Counted from the whole stretch's first letter, positions 24,775-37,078 are shown. The stretch: DNA of 51,277 nt, filler included, from Porpidia crustulata (GCA_964255105.1; 3 parts of 3 records of this genome joined end to end with filler, not necessarily neighbours in it); one strand, 5' to 3'. The notes: generated by a model not told the origin, from the sequence alone. Translations and numbers: made by a program.

Positions 24775-25641
24775 CCTACTTGATTAGGTGCTAGTCAGCC
24801 GGTCACAGGCTAGACGAGGTTTGTATCACCTTTTTTACACACTTTTCTGCCCCTAGCCTTGCATGATCATTGCTCTGCACGCGGAAGCTCTCAGATATGT
24901 AGATTTGATCCATCTTTCAGCTTTTCCTGTAATGAACGCGCCCAGGAGCGTGTATGCATGTCTGACAAGCGGACGACCGACACTGCAAACAGAGATGTTT
25001 TTCATTGTGGCTGCCGGCAACCTCCCACCGTCTCTAGGAATGCAGGAGATAGGAAATCCATAACATCTGGAACAGATAAATGCAATCAGTAGCCAGACTG
25101 TGAACTCCAACCAACTTACCATTTCTATATTCTCATGAATGGGCAAAAGGGATTTCACAAAAATCGTGGATGAGATTCCTGATAGCCACTTTAACATTTA
25201 GGCATCTGTTGAACTCGAAAAATGGCAGAGAACATCGACCAACCAGTACAACCTCCAGATCCGAGCAAACTCCGGGGCCAAGAAAACTTCGGTTCGGGCT
25301 ACTGCTCCTTCAACATGGATGACAGTATTAGTGGGCCAGAACTCGCAAGCAACTCCAGACAATATAAGAGCCGACTTCAGGTTTGGAAACGGGCTGGACG
25401 TACAAAAATGAGCTCAAGGGATGGGGGACCGAGTGGCTGAAAGATTCCCGTATGAGATACCATGACACTTTGCTCTTCAGCCGTCTCTGAAGCAGATCGT
25501 CTACCTATTCCAAATATCCTCCCTCAATGACCGATCCCAGACATAGGTACAGAGCCTACACGAAGCCTCAAGATACGAGAGGCCAACGGGGTTAAGATCG
25601 TTACACCGAAGCAGGTGCACGAGTCATAGCCTTTATCTCAG

Positions 25642-26911
25642 CTACAACCCTCCTCCTAGCCTAGCGACTTTCTCGAACACATCCCGAAGCGCGCCTTTCT
25701 TGTAATCCATGATCACGGAGTCGTGGTTGGTGTCAGGATACGTCTTCGTCGCAAATTCCAAGCTTTCTTTGCATACGTCCTGCCGCCAGCACTGCTCGAA
25801 GTACTCCTGCCCACGCTTTCCGATCATTATGTCCGAGCCGCTGAAGAAAGCCTCGACTTTCAGCTTTGCTCCGCCAGGATCCTGCTGCTGCAACATGCGT
25901 TCGTTCTGAGCGATTGACCTTATGCACGCCACATAGTCCTGCCCTTCTCCCCAGTCAGCATCCTCGCATTTTCGAAGACACAGCTTTGCTTCATCGTTGA
26001 CGCCAGTTGTGTCTTCGGCAAACCTAAACTTCATAGACAATTTCTCGATTGCTTTCGCCGTTTCTCCGTCGACGCCATAGCGCTCTGCTGGAGTCGTAGA
26101 TGTTGAGATTTCAGTGCCGGGAATGTCTGTGCTGGCGGATGAAGAAAAGAGGGATGCTGCGGATGAGAGTAGACCACCAGACCAGGAGGCGCTGGGCATT
26201 ATCTTGTTGTTGATGAAGATGCTCAGATCAGCCCATGAGTCCATCATGCCGACGGGGAGTTTAGAGAGGAGGGTGGGTAGGGGTGCGCCTGAAGCCGTTA
26301 GGGGGACATAGGGAGCTAAAGCGGTGGTCAGCTTTCGCGGGACGATCGGGTTTCTCGCGCCGCTTGGGACAGACCTAGGAATACTACACTGGGTGCCTTC
26401 GGGTCAAGGAAAGTCCGGTGGTGAAGCAGCGTGTTGAGCGTGTACACAGCACCGGTACTGTGTGTCATGAGGCTGACGTGTTTGATTTCGAGCTTCTGTA
26501 GCAGTACTGGGACTGTCTCGAGCCAGACTTTTGTGCGGATGTTGATGGCCACTGGTGTGGAGCCTCCATCGCCGGTCTCGCGTCTCCAGTCAGCGATAAA
26601 TGCAACGAGCATCTCCAGAAGCGCAGTCACCTATCGGTGCATATGAGTCGCACGCCGCAGTCGCTCGCCAGCTTATCCGAATCGAGAGCGTTCCATCGAG
26701 AGCCAAACATTGATCCGATGAAGAGGATGACTGGTAGAGATGCATCGTCGAAGTTGTTCGTTGTAGAGTATGTCACTCGAAGCTTTGGATGGTCTGCTGT
26801 TTTGGGGAGCCATAGAGCACGGTGGAAGTACTTGGAGCAGAGCGTCCGGATGGCCTGGTCGCTTGGCGAGGAAAGCACATTGGAGATGCTGGATGTTGTA
26901 GAAGCGGACAT
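25642..26911 (-). CDS. Alpha/beta hydrolase fold protein (possible frameshift at the exon 1/2 junction)
   Basis: FHRALWLPKTADHPKLRVTYS, PVILFIGSMFGSRW, LICTDR, GGSTPV, MTHSTGAVYTLNTL, SDIMIGKRGQEYFEQCW and TNHDSV. Three ORF pieces separated by GT-AG introns. Confidence 0.8.
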
Positions 26912-27465
26912 AGTTAAGAGTGACGAGGTACGGTCTGTTGAAAGAGCTTGAATAGCCAAGCAGAAGATTTACTCAGACGAGCCTTGGTGCCGCTCTATGC
27001 TCGGAGAATAGTAGCGCCAGCACCGTGTTGTTACGCCACCACAAGTTCTTTCCGTCAGACAGATCCAAGAAAGTTGCATAGTCTTGCTGATTGCCACAAT
27101 CATGGGTCTTGAATGATTTCGCAGAGTCCGCACACCCGAATCTGGTTTTGCAATTGACTGTAGTTCACCTTCCTGTTCCACGAAGTCGTCGATCAAGGTC
27201 ATCGCAACATGGTTCCGAGCCGTTAAGCTTGCAGCTTGGCGCATTGCAGTAGCCAATATCAACTACGACTAAAATCATAGGTTGACATCTTGCAGATACA
27301 AAAGATCATACGCTTGTAATGAGTCGGATTTGAAACACGCGCCATGAACCCTTAAACATCTATTTTGTTCAATGGCTTTCACGTATCTGGCAGTTAACAC
27401 CAGTATTCTATTGCCAGTCGGCTCCTCTTCGTGCCTGTATGCGTCTTACCTCTCGACTTCTGAGC

Positions 27466-28597
27466 ATGGCCGGCGACCTCGGCGCAACTCTGGTAGTAGG
27501 TCGTCGGCTAAGAGGCAAAGTAGGCTCGTACAAGGTTTTGAAGTAATTTACGAGGGATCGAGATGTTTGGAAGGCTATGTGAGCTACCATGCCATGTATC
27601 TGTGTATAGTGCGCTACTGTCTTTGGTTGACTAGGCGGCAGTGATGAGAATGCTCGTCCGGTGGTCATCAAGAGAGCGCCGCCACATCTCTTGAGCAATG
27701 AGCGCGAAATTCTTGAGATATTACAAAATCACACATGCGTTCGTCAGACGATTGATATCATCGAAAATCACTCCTCGTTGGTGTTGGAGTACCTGGACGA
27801 CAACCTCCTGGACGTATGCAGTCGAAAAATATTTGAAGGTTCAGACGTAAAAGTCGTTGCTCGCACTGTACTCGAGGCGCTCGCAGCGTTCCACGAGAAT
27901 GGCTTTGTGCATACTGGTCAGTAAGTATGGTTTATCACACGGTCAGCTACTGTTTTTAACGGTGTACATTGGGACAGATGTTAAGCCTGATAACGTTCTC
28001 ATTAATTATGGTAGCGACGCAACCCGTTTCAGCAGAGTTGCACTGGGTGATTGCGGCGATGCGTATCGATTTAATCCCAACGCGGGTCCGCTGGAAGAAA
28101 GTCACGTGATTAGCGCCGCAATATTTAGAAGTCCCGAGGCACAATTGAACCTCAGATGGGGGCCGCCGACGGACATATGGTCTCTTGGTGCCACCGTACG
28201 TAGCTGACTACCCCTTCCGCCAGAAAACTCGTACTGATCTGTGCAGCTGATCAGTCTCATATTCGGCGGAAACTGGCATATTTTTAGTCCAGCAAATGTT
28301 CCCTTTGACGATGAACATTACGGGTTTCGGGTGCTCGTTGAGCAAGTCAGACGCTTCGGGCCGTTCAACGACAGTTTCGAGGAGGTTGCTGACGCGGAAC
28401 GTCTTGCAATCTGCACGGGTGCAATTGTCTACATACAGGAGAACCAAAACTGGCTTCCGTTCTCCATGTCCGAAGACGATGAACTTGCACGGCCGGACAG
28501 GGACTTCCTTGCGAAAATGATGAAATTGGACCCAAGGGACAGACCAACGGCAAGGGAGCTTCTGCAAGATGCGTGGTTCAAGCTACGAAGCTGCTGA
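27466..28597 (+). pseudogene. Ser/Thr protein kinase (fungal CMGC/SRPK-like family) with in-frame TAA at 27544-27546
   Basis: GRRLRGKVGSYKVLK*FTRDRDVWKA, intron, VVIKR, FVHTDVKPDNVL, LGDCG, FRSPE, DIWSLG and KLDPRDRPTARELLQDAWF. The stop lies in the N-lobe exon. Confidence 0.65.
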
Positions 28598-30203
28598 AGG
28601 AGCTGGTTGCTTGAAAGACGCTGGTCGAACGCGAAGGAATATGGGTCTTATTCCCGATGTTCACATTTCCGAGCTTCTACAAAACCTGTTCTGTAACGGT
28701 AGTGGAATCGTGGGCCGTGCCCGCATGGACGTCGATGTCTATGTGTCGCTTCTGTGCTTCTTTGCTTTGCCTGACTCTGCTGTATTGTCTAGGTGTAGCT
28801 AGGCTGGGTTGGGATGGATTGGATGCTAAGCTTCTCGGAAGAAAGCGTCGGCCAATCGTCTTCCTCGAGCGCTACTCTAGGTACCAGGAACAGAGCAGCG
28901 TCCAAAGCTACCGAAAGAGGCAAACTCTTGACCGTCCCCCCACTAAAACGTTTGAAAAAGTCGAGAGTACTTTGGACTAGTCTCAAACTCGATGCGATTA
29001 GTCTGCGCCTCTGACTCGCACGTCTCTATCATGGTTGTCCAGTGTAAGGCTACTGCCGAGCCTTGAACCCTCATATACAGCGATTAAAAACCAGCCTTTA
29101 TTCCCACCCCCGAATCCTCAAGAGATAACAGCAACAGGTAAGTAAGCCCTCCACCATTCCTCCTATTCACGTAGTCTGACTTTGACATCCTAGGTTTCTA
29201 GAATTATAGCGACCATATCTAATTTTGCAAAAGCCGCGGAAACAGCAGTCTCGTCAACGAACAAGCCCGTGATCTACCCCACAAAGTTAACAGAGTTCAA
29301 GAAATGTTGGATTTCCACCTCGATCGTAACGACATAAGCACAGACTATATCCGCCACCACCATCACCGCACCAGGCCCAGCTAAAGGCGCCATCAGGAAA
29401 GAAAAATCGTTTTCAATTGGCAAGCTGCAAGCTTGGCCGAATGGGCAGTCTGATCAAATCATTGAACAAGGAACATTTCGACTTTCACACCCAAGGCTCG
29501 CCATGTCCATGATCCCCCGAGGATGAACATCTCATGAGCAAACTCACCGGATTTCTTTTCCCCGAAAACAACACCATCGTCAAAACTCAAAAGTGCAAAA
29601 CGCTCGATTTAAAGCTCGGTTGCGTCGTCGTCGACGTTTCGCTCTTCGCTCCCTTGCTCCATGATCATAATATAAATCCTACTAAGCCCGTTCCGTGATT
29701 ATCGCAGCGAAAGCAAATTCCAAAGTCCCCTGCACCAGACATACACGTAATTCTCTTCTCACCACAGAACTCTCTCTCTCTCCCTCCCCATAGCTTTCTC
29801 TTTCACAAAAAACAACCCCGTCTATCCCCGATACAGCGCAATTGGCCTGGTGCGCGATATCCAAAAAATAACTACATTAAATAATACAGCATTTCCTCCT
29901 AACATTGTTCACGGTTATGTGAAGACTTAATCCTCGGACGACGTCTTTCGCACATCCCACATCCAATCAACTCCATCCCGTCAATCTATCCACAACCCCC
30001 CCCCTTCCTCCCAACGAAAATCCCACTTCAAAGCACAACCAGCATCAACAAAAAAAAACCCGGAAATCGTTCGAATACCGTACTCCGGGGGTGGGAGAAT
30101 TTCCATCAATCTTTTCCGAGATCATAGAAAGAAAAGGATGTTTTCGATGTAGATATTACACGTGGTAGATACCGCTTTTTGCATGCCGGGTTTTTTCTCG
30201 GTG

Positions 30204-30221
30204 GGTAGGTAGGTAGGTAGG
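30204..30221 (+). repeat. (GGTA)n microsatellite
   Basis: GGTAGGTAGGTAGGTAGG downstream of the sulfate permease. Confidence 0.7.
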
Positions 30222-30562
30222 TGGGTGTGAGATACTGTTGTAGATCGCGGGAGAGGTTAGATGGAGTACATAGATAGCCGGATGCGAGGCAGTTAGTTCA
30301 GGCCCTCACCTGCTGCGCGCTACGGTGCTGCCCCTTGCTGGCCCTTGCTCCCTTCCAAGTGGCTCTGCTCCCTTCGAAGCGACTCTGCTCCCTCTTCCCG
30401 ATCTAAAAGCAGAATCACGAATCCCAAGTTCGGGGTGTATATAATATATAGATATATATTGGTAGCCTAGATATGTACCAAACCACATTATACCAAATCT
30501 CTTACACTATCCAAAATGCCCCAAGATTTCCCATCACATACATCTCACACACCCCCCACCCC

Positions 30563-33261
30563 TCACACCACCCTCTCTTCCTCCACCATACCCTCCACGT
30601 TCGCCACGGCGCTTATTAGCGCACTCGTCAGATCGATATGGAACAGCGGCCGATCCAACCCATGCACCACCGCCACCCTGGCCGCCGGCCCCGTCGTCGT
30701 CCGCACCCGGTACGCCTTGGTACCTTCGAGCGCGCTATCGAGACCGGAGCTACCGCTGCCGACGCTGACGCCGTCGGCATCGGTCGAACGCGTAATCCCG
30801 TCCGATTTGCCGGCAGCGCGGGCCTGTTCGAGGTCGCGCGTCCGCTGGCGCCGCAGCTCGCGCTTATTCTCCTGGTCCTCGGCCGCGGCGGCGGCGGACG
30901 TGGCCCCGCCGATCTCGGCAACGGAGAAGATGGGTTTCCAGCGGTTGAAGACGGGGCTGTCGTCCGCAGGGCTGGGGTAGCCGAAGCCGGCGGAGGCGAG
31001 GGCGCGCTTGGTCCAGCGGTTGGTGATGCAGGCGAGGTGCCAATCGACCTTTTGGGGGCTGGCGTAGCGATCGAGTTGGTTGCGCACGTCAATCAAGTGT
31101 TGGACGGAAGTGATGTCGACGTTGTTGACCGAGGAGAAGTCAAGGATGATGGCTTTGAGGGTGGGTTTGGAGGTGTCGTCGGCAGGGGCGCGGTTGCGAC
31201 GTGGGCCGGGGTCATTCCAGGGGCGATCCTGTTGGAAGAGGGGGTTAGTGGTTTCCCTCGAAGACTGTATAGCGAAGAGAGACTTACTCCGAGCTTGGGA
31301 TAGGTATTGACGTTGGTTCGGCGGGTTTCTTTGAAAATGGTAGCGACCATGTAGTCCAAGTAATGGTTGGCATTGGGATAATTGAAGCCTTCGGAGAACC
31401 TGTAGATGAAAATACCCGGATAGGGTGATTCAACATCTATTTGGGGATTCGAACCATCGTTGTGCTCAATTGGCAAGAAAATATTGCGGGCCGATGTGTC
31501 GGGATTGTTGGACTCGAGAGATTTTTGCGGAGGATGGTCGGCGAACTTGGTTTCGTCGCTCATGACGTGATCACCTACAACCGAATGAACCTTGACTTTG
31601 CCCAGGAAACGACCGCGAGCTTTGACCACGCGGAAGAGGAGCATGGCAACGGAAACGCAAATGGTCGTGTAGATGCCATTTTCGATGCTGGAAAAGATCG
31701 TGACCAGGACTCCGGCGAAAAAGATGACGACTTCCAACGGGGAAATCCGCCAGAATTGGTAGACGGTGTTTGGGGGAGTGATGAGGTCGCCGACAGCGTG
31801 GATAATCACGGCGGAAAGGGTCGCGTTCGGGATATAAAAGAAGACGGCCGGCAAAGCGTAGATGGCCAGGAGAACCACGACGGCGGTAAACAAGCCAGCC
31901 AGGGGAGTCCGAACGCCGGCTTTGGATTTGATCGCAGTGCGGGAGAACGACCCAGTGGCGGGATAGGCGCCGAGGAACGGACCAAGCAGATTGGTCACGC
32001 CGATGGCTACCATTTCCTGGGACGGATCAATGGTGTAGTTGTTGACGCGGCCGAACGACTTCGCAATGGCAATATGTTCGATCAGTAGAACAATCACCGA
32101 CGCGGGGATCTCACTCGCAAACGTTTTGATAATCCGCTGGTTGATGACCGGTACTGCAGCGTTCTGGAAGCCTCGAGGGACAGTGCCAAGGATCTGGAAT
32201 CGATGATCTTTCGTGGCCCGACGATGCCGGTGGACCAACCAACTGATCATTGTGTACAGCAGGATGACAAACGCAGTCCGAAGGGTTCCCACAAAGAAGA
32301 ATAGCTTCTTCCGTTGGGGCATTCTACGGCTTGCCAGGTTGCAAACGTACCGAACCAGGTACAGCATCGTCAGCGCGGTCAGGCCGATGGCAGCATCGAG
32401 CTGAGTGCCTCCCAGATGTTTCAAGGTGTTGATCAAGACTTTGTAAGTTGCATCCCTGGTGGAAAAGCCACTAATGCCCATCAAGCCGGGGACCTGGCCG
32501 ACGGCGATATTGAGAGCGGAGCCGGTCATGAACGCAGAAATGGCCGCCAAAGAGATAAAATCAACAATCCAACCGGCACGAATCAAGCCAATGAACGTGA
32601 TGATGCTGCCAGCGATGATTGCCAATGCCGACGCGACGACGTGGCCGGGAAGTTTGGGATCCGTTTTGGCTACTTTGAGGACGACATTACCAACAATAGT
32701 GGACATGACCGCCACGGGCTGATTCGTCAGTATGGTTCCAACGGGATCGATCGCTGAGCCAACTCACCCCGATGGTAATGTCTTTGGACGTTGCAAAGAA
32801 CCAATATATCAAAACACCCATGAAGGAAGAATAAAGACCGAATTGGGGAGGCAGCTGCGCAAGTTTGGCGTACGCCATGGACTGCGGAACCACAACGGCT
32901 CCAACCGTGATACCTGATGGAAGCATGTCAACGAGCAGCCCACTTTGCTGGCACAACCATCGGATCACTGACCTGCTACAAGGTCCCCATAGAGCCACTG
33001 CGCATTGTAGCGATCAATCCAATGGACGAACGGAAAGAGGTTATATGCCCAACGAAGCATTCCCCGTCCAGTCGGCGTAATTTCATTTAACCATTCTGCA
33101 GTGGTGGGTTCACTCTCAACGAAGGTGTCGGCGCTCGAGACTGAAAAGACCGACTCGCCTCTGGTCAGATCATCCTTGCCGGTGGGATTGCGATAATGTA
33201 TCTTGATGCCCAGAACCTTAGCCAGGCCATGGCCGACTTTGGTCGCTGTGCTTGAAGCCAT
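30563..33261 (-). CDS. SulP/SLC26 sulfate permease with STAS domain (sB / cys-14 / Sul1-2 type)
   Basis: GDLVAG-ITVGAVVVPQSMAYA, GLYSSFMG, ATSKDITIG, EHIAIAKSFGR, ATGSFSRTAIKSKAG and YRFSEGFNYPNA. The STAS domain continues after an intron at ~31230-31287. Confidence 0.95.
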
Positions 33262-33741
33262 CCTAAATAACGAGAACAATGAAAGCAGATGGGCTCTGAC
33301 TTAAGCTTAAGAACTCCCGCGCGGTACGGTATCCAAGCTGCCAAGCTGACACCGAACGACCAGGGGCGGCCCAGGCAGGATGAATAGTGTGCGGGTTAGA
33401 AGCGTCCGGACAGGCAAGATCCCACGTGGAGGGTGGTCGAGATCGAATGCCTATTGCTGAGTATGAGCGATCTGGGACCAGTCGACTGTTATGGGAGTAT
33501 GGGTATTGGACCAAGCGTCCCAGGTCGGGTAATATCTATGACAATCAGTGTAGTTGGTATGGCTTCTCTATGGTTAAATTGCGGAGAAAGGCGAGAGATT
33601 GAGGATATGGGGAGACCGGGAGAAGTTCCTTCGATGCAGGGTGGCAGGTTGGGGTGCAGGCACACTGCAGCCCCCCAATCTGCAGTGGGTAAAGAAGCCA
33701 ACACCGAGAGCTTGGCGTGGACTCGCCGCCGACAGAACAGG

Positions 33742-33762
33742 CAATCAATCAATCAATCAATC
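33742..33762 (+). repeat. (CAAT)5 microsatellite
   Basis: CAATCAATCAATCAATCAATC upstream of the sulfate permease. Confidence 0.75.
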
Positions 33763-34169
33763 ACACAATCGAATGAGAACGATCATGGGATGTGCTGTAA
33801 GTGGGTTGGTATAGAACGAGCAAGTCCAGGCCAATGATGAATCCCGAAGAGGGTGTGGTGTTGCCGCATGGTGATTTGATGGCAGGCGATGACCGTCATA
33901 ACTCCATAGAACTATCGTCCACCGATTCTATCTACGTAAGATGGTGTTAATCAAATTAATCATCGTCGTTCAAATTGTAATTGCTTCTTCCAGAGCCAGA
34001 AAACGCCAGGAAATGTCAGCATGTCAGGATGAAATGGCGTGATTGTTGATCGGTGGCCTAACCGTGCCAGCCTTGCCGGCCTCGGGTCAAAAATCAACAG
34101 ATGTTGTCCTCCTTTCGGTTAGACTCTCTGCTCCGTTCGCCTTCTTCCTCCACTCTCGCTTCCCAACCC

Positions 34170-34269
34170 NNNNNNNNNNNNNNNNNNNNNNNNNNNNNNN
34201 NNNNNNNNNNNNNTTAATTAATTAANNNNNNNNNNNNNNNNNNNNNNNNNNNNNNNNNNNNNNNNNNNN
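34170..34269. other. Assembly gap with artificial six-frame stop linker
   Basis: 44 N + TTAATTAATTAA (34214-34225) + 44 N. Confidence 0.95.
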
Positions 34270-34285
34270 AAGGAAAGGTGGGGTC

Positions 34286-34754
34286 CTACTTCTGACTCCC
34301 GCTTGGCTGATGATAGGACGAGGAAGATACAGGATCTTCGGGGATGGGCTCGAAATAGCTCGGCCACTCGGACACAGAACCTCCCGCGATCGGCTCGAAG
34401 TAGTTCGGCCACTCAATTTGACGGTAGGTGGCCGACGAAGGGTATGAAGGGGACCCGCCGTATGAGGAGGATGAGCTAGACTGGCGGCGGCGGGAATATT
34501 CCGAGTCCGTGGATCCCTCAGAGCTGTAACTCTGCTGGGAGAGGTCCGCGGACATGGAGGCGCTGTTATAGGCCTGAGGGTAGGTATTTGGGTAGAAAGA
34601 TTGTGCGGAGCTCCCTTGAGGGTTGGAGGCTTGCTGGGAATATCCTTGAGGATAGACGATGTAGCTTTGCTGTGCTCCGGTGTAAGTTCGTCGGCCTGGG
34701 TCCCAGAGTCACAAAGAAGTAGCTCACGTATTGGCTGCCGTAGTGGGAGGACAT
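34286..34754 (-). CDS. Small Ser/Gln/Tyr-rich hypothetical protein with a duplicated EWPxYFEPI motif (5' structure uncertain)
   Basis: ORF 34286-34555 stays open upstream in frame as AQQSYIVYPQGYSQQASNPQGSSAQSFYPNTYPQAY. The repeat units differ mostly at synonymous positions. Confidence 0.5.
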
Positions 34755-37078
34755 CGCGGCTGCCGTTTAAGGATGTGTGTACTGGGGTCCACAAGTGTTG
34801 ATACGGATGAATGCTCAACCCTTATAGAATTAGTAAGTGGATGGATTTATAGTCATGGTCGTGCTCACAAGTCCTGGCAAAGGCGTAGATAAGAATGCTA
34901 GTTCGAGAGCAGCGTGGGAATTTGCTTTTAGATTCGAGAGGGCGTGGTGCACAGTCAAGCCAATTTATACAACACTGGGAAATGGGGCTCTTTGCGCTTC
35001 ACTTATTGGTGGTCCCTTGATAACTCGAGATCTCTGCCTGACAAACATCCGGGAGCTTGAAACTAAAAGTCGGATCACTAGAGCTTGCCAGACACGATTG
35101 CCGGCTAATGTCCAGACCAATAAAGTCGTTGGAATTGGCCGCCGCAAAGAATCAAAATCACGGCGAGCGCTGACCAGGATTCTATGACCAGACCAAAACC
35201 TAGGAGCGCGCCGATGAAGTATGCATGGAATGGGATGTCTGGTAGCAGCATGTGGAGTAATACGCCTGGTCGATGAAGTGAGGGATCTAGATTATACATA
35301 AGAGAATAGTTGACGCTGAATGCCAATAGACCACACAACGAGACCAACTCGATTGGCGGCCCTGGGACGGTACGGGCCGTCAGGACCCTCAGCCATGTCT
35401 CATAGTATATCTTGTGAGATAAAAGCAAAAGCTAACGGTCAGGTTGAATCCAAGCTGTGGCTATGTTAGCTGCAATCGCAAATCGGAACATCTGGCTCCA
35501 TTTTTTGAGCTCCGCCAACCAGCAAACAGCGGTGTCAAGTCTGCCACAATGAAGACTCATTAGAACAAGGGCGAGATTGCTCAGCCTATCAGATATTCAG
35601 CAATTGCTATTATCCGGGATGCTCTAATATCAATAATCTTGGCATGTCGGCTGGGATGAAGAAGGCGCCAGCGACTGATTTATCGCTTGTTTTTTTGATA
35701 CCGTCCATGTGACGAGCCAATTTAGTGGCAGATTATCAGATGAAAGGGTGTGTGGTTTACGGCAATGGCGATACCTTAGGAAAGCATTTCGTAGTGTCGG
35801 CAGGTTGTAGAAAGACATGCTGCGACACTAGATCAGGCGCTAACCATACACGTGACCATGTCTCCAGCGCCAGCCTCAGTTGTAGCCTTACTTTCCACAG
35901 CAAGAGCTTTCATTGCGCTCTAGTGACATGTGATTCTGCCAGTACCGCCAAGAGGACGGGACACGAACGTTGGTGGAATTTGTATTCGGCTGTCTCTACT
36001 GGCTTTCGTGATCTGAATCAGCACTCGCGTTAGAAATTGGTTTATGGTAGGATCGAGCAGCACCATGCCTGCTGGGAGGACTACTTACTGCTTAGCGATA
36101 GCATGATCTCAATTGGACATTCGTGAGGCTCGCCGAAGACAGTAGGCCTTTGAGAGATCCCGTGTGACAATTTCAGATGACTGATGAGGCAGTGAGCACT
36201 GCGGCGTCGGGGGCTCGAATCTTGGGCGCCAGAATGAACAGCAGGCAAACCGCCGGGCAGACCACCGTCTTATCCAGCTTTTCCTTAACACGCACTGCGT
36301 CGTGTCAGCCTGGCACTGATCAACAAGAGAAGGCTGATGGTGGACATTTTTCGCCTAGCGTAAGCGCCCGATTTGCCTCATCTGGCCTCACCGGAACCGG
36401 CCGATACGAGGCTGAAGATAGAATCCTAGCAAAGGTGTTGAAAACTACAAGAGCCCACGCATGTCAACAGGCAGACATGAATTAGCGGCGGAACAGCGAC
36501 TTCCATGTATCTCGCATTCAGAAGAGAGTCAGTTGAGTGCATTACAGCTTCTGAGAGCAGGGTTTTGAGGCTTTGTTTTCCGCAGTGCATTGTCGGCGTA
36601 ACTATATGACGAAAGAAGCGACAGCTCAAGCTTTCTTTGTTAACTGCAAGGAATACGTGCATCGATCTCGAGAGCCATGCCGCCTGCGTGCTTGGCCTGT
36701 ACTCTCCCCATAAGACATGTTGCGAGGGAAAGCCCACATAGGTAGGCAAGATATTGAACCTGCTGATATGTACGGTCGGTTATGAAAGCCCAGGGAGAGG
36801 CAGTGCTTGGTTGCCAAGCACTTAGCCACAATCGCTCTGGGTCTTATGGGCGATATTGTTCTTGCTAGATAGGTCATAATCAGTATCCGAGGTCCCCCTA
36901 GAGCGGCAATGTCAATACAGAGAAGATCTGCGATTGTAGGAAATGACTCAATTCGATCAGCCGGAGAGTTGCAATATAACTCTCATTTGCAACAATGCTT
37001 ACTATGAGGTACGTGATAAGTCTGCAGCTAAACGTATCTCCCTAGAACTTCCCCCTTCATACATGAACACTTCTCCGT

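Noticed and set aside
30051..30196. AAAAAACCCGG ... CCGGGTTTTTT inverted repeat near a CACGTG
   Set aside because: Only 11 bp, low complexity, and lacks the MITE TIR consensus and TSD.
30516..32757. Long + strand ORFs (30638-31303, 31441-32088, 32314-32757)
   Set aside because: Antisense shadows of the GC-rich sulfate permease CDS.
33887..34045. ATGACCGTCAT and ATGGCGTGAT as CYS3/MetR sites upstream of the sulfate permease
   Set aside because: Only imperfect matches to ATGRYRYCAT; cannot be supported without conservation data.
35105..36900. Several 60-110 aa ORFs between the gap and NOT3
   Set aside because: No motifs and mostly non-ATG starts; consistent with chance ORFs.
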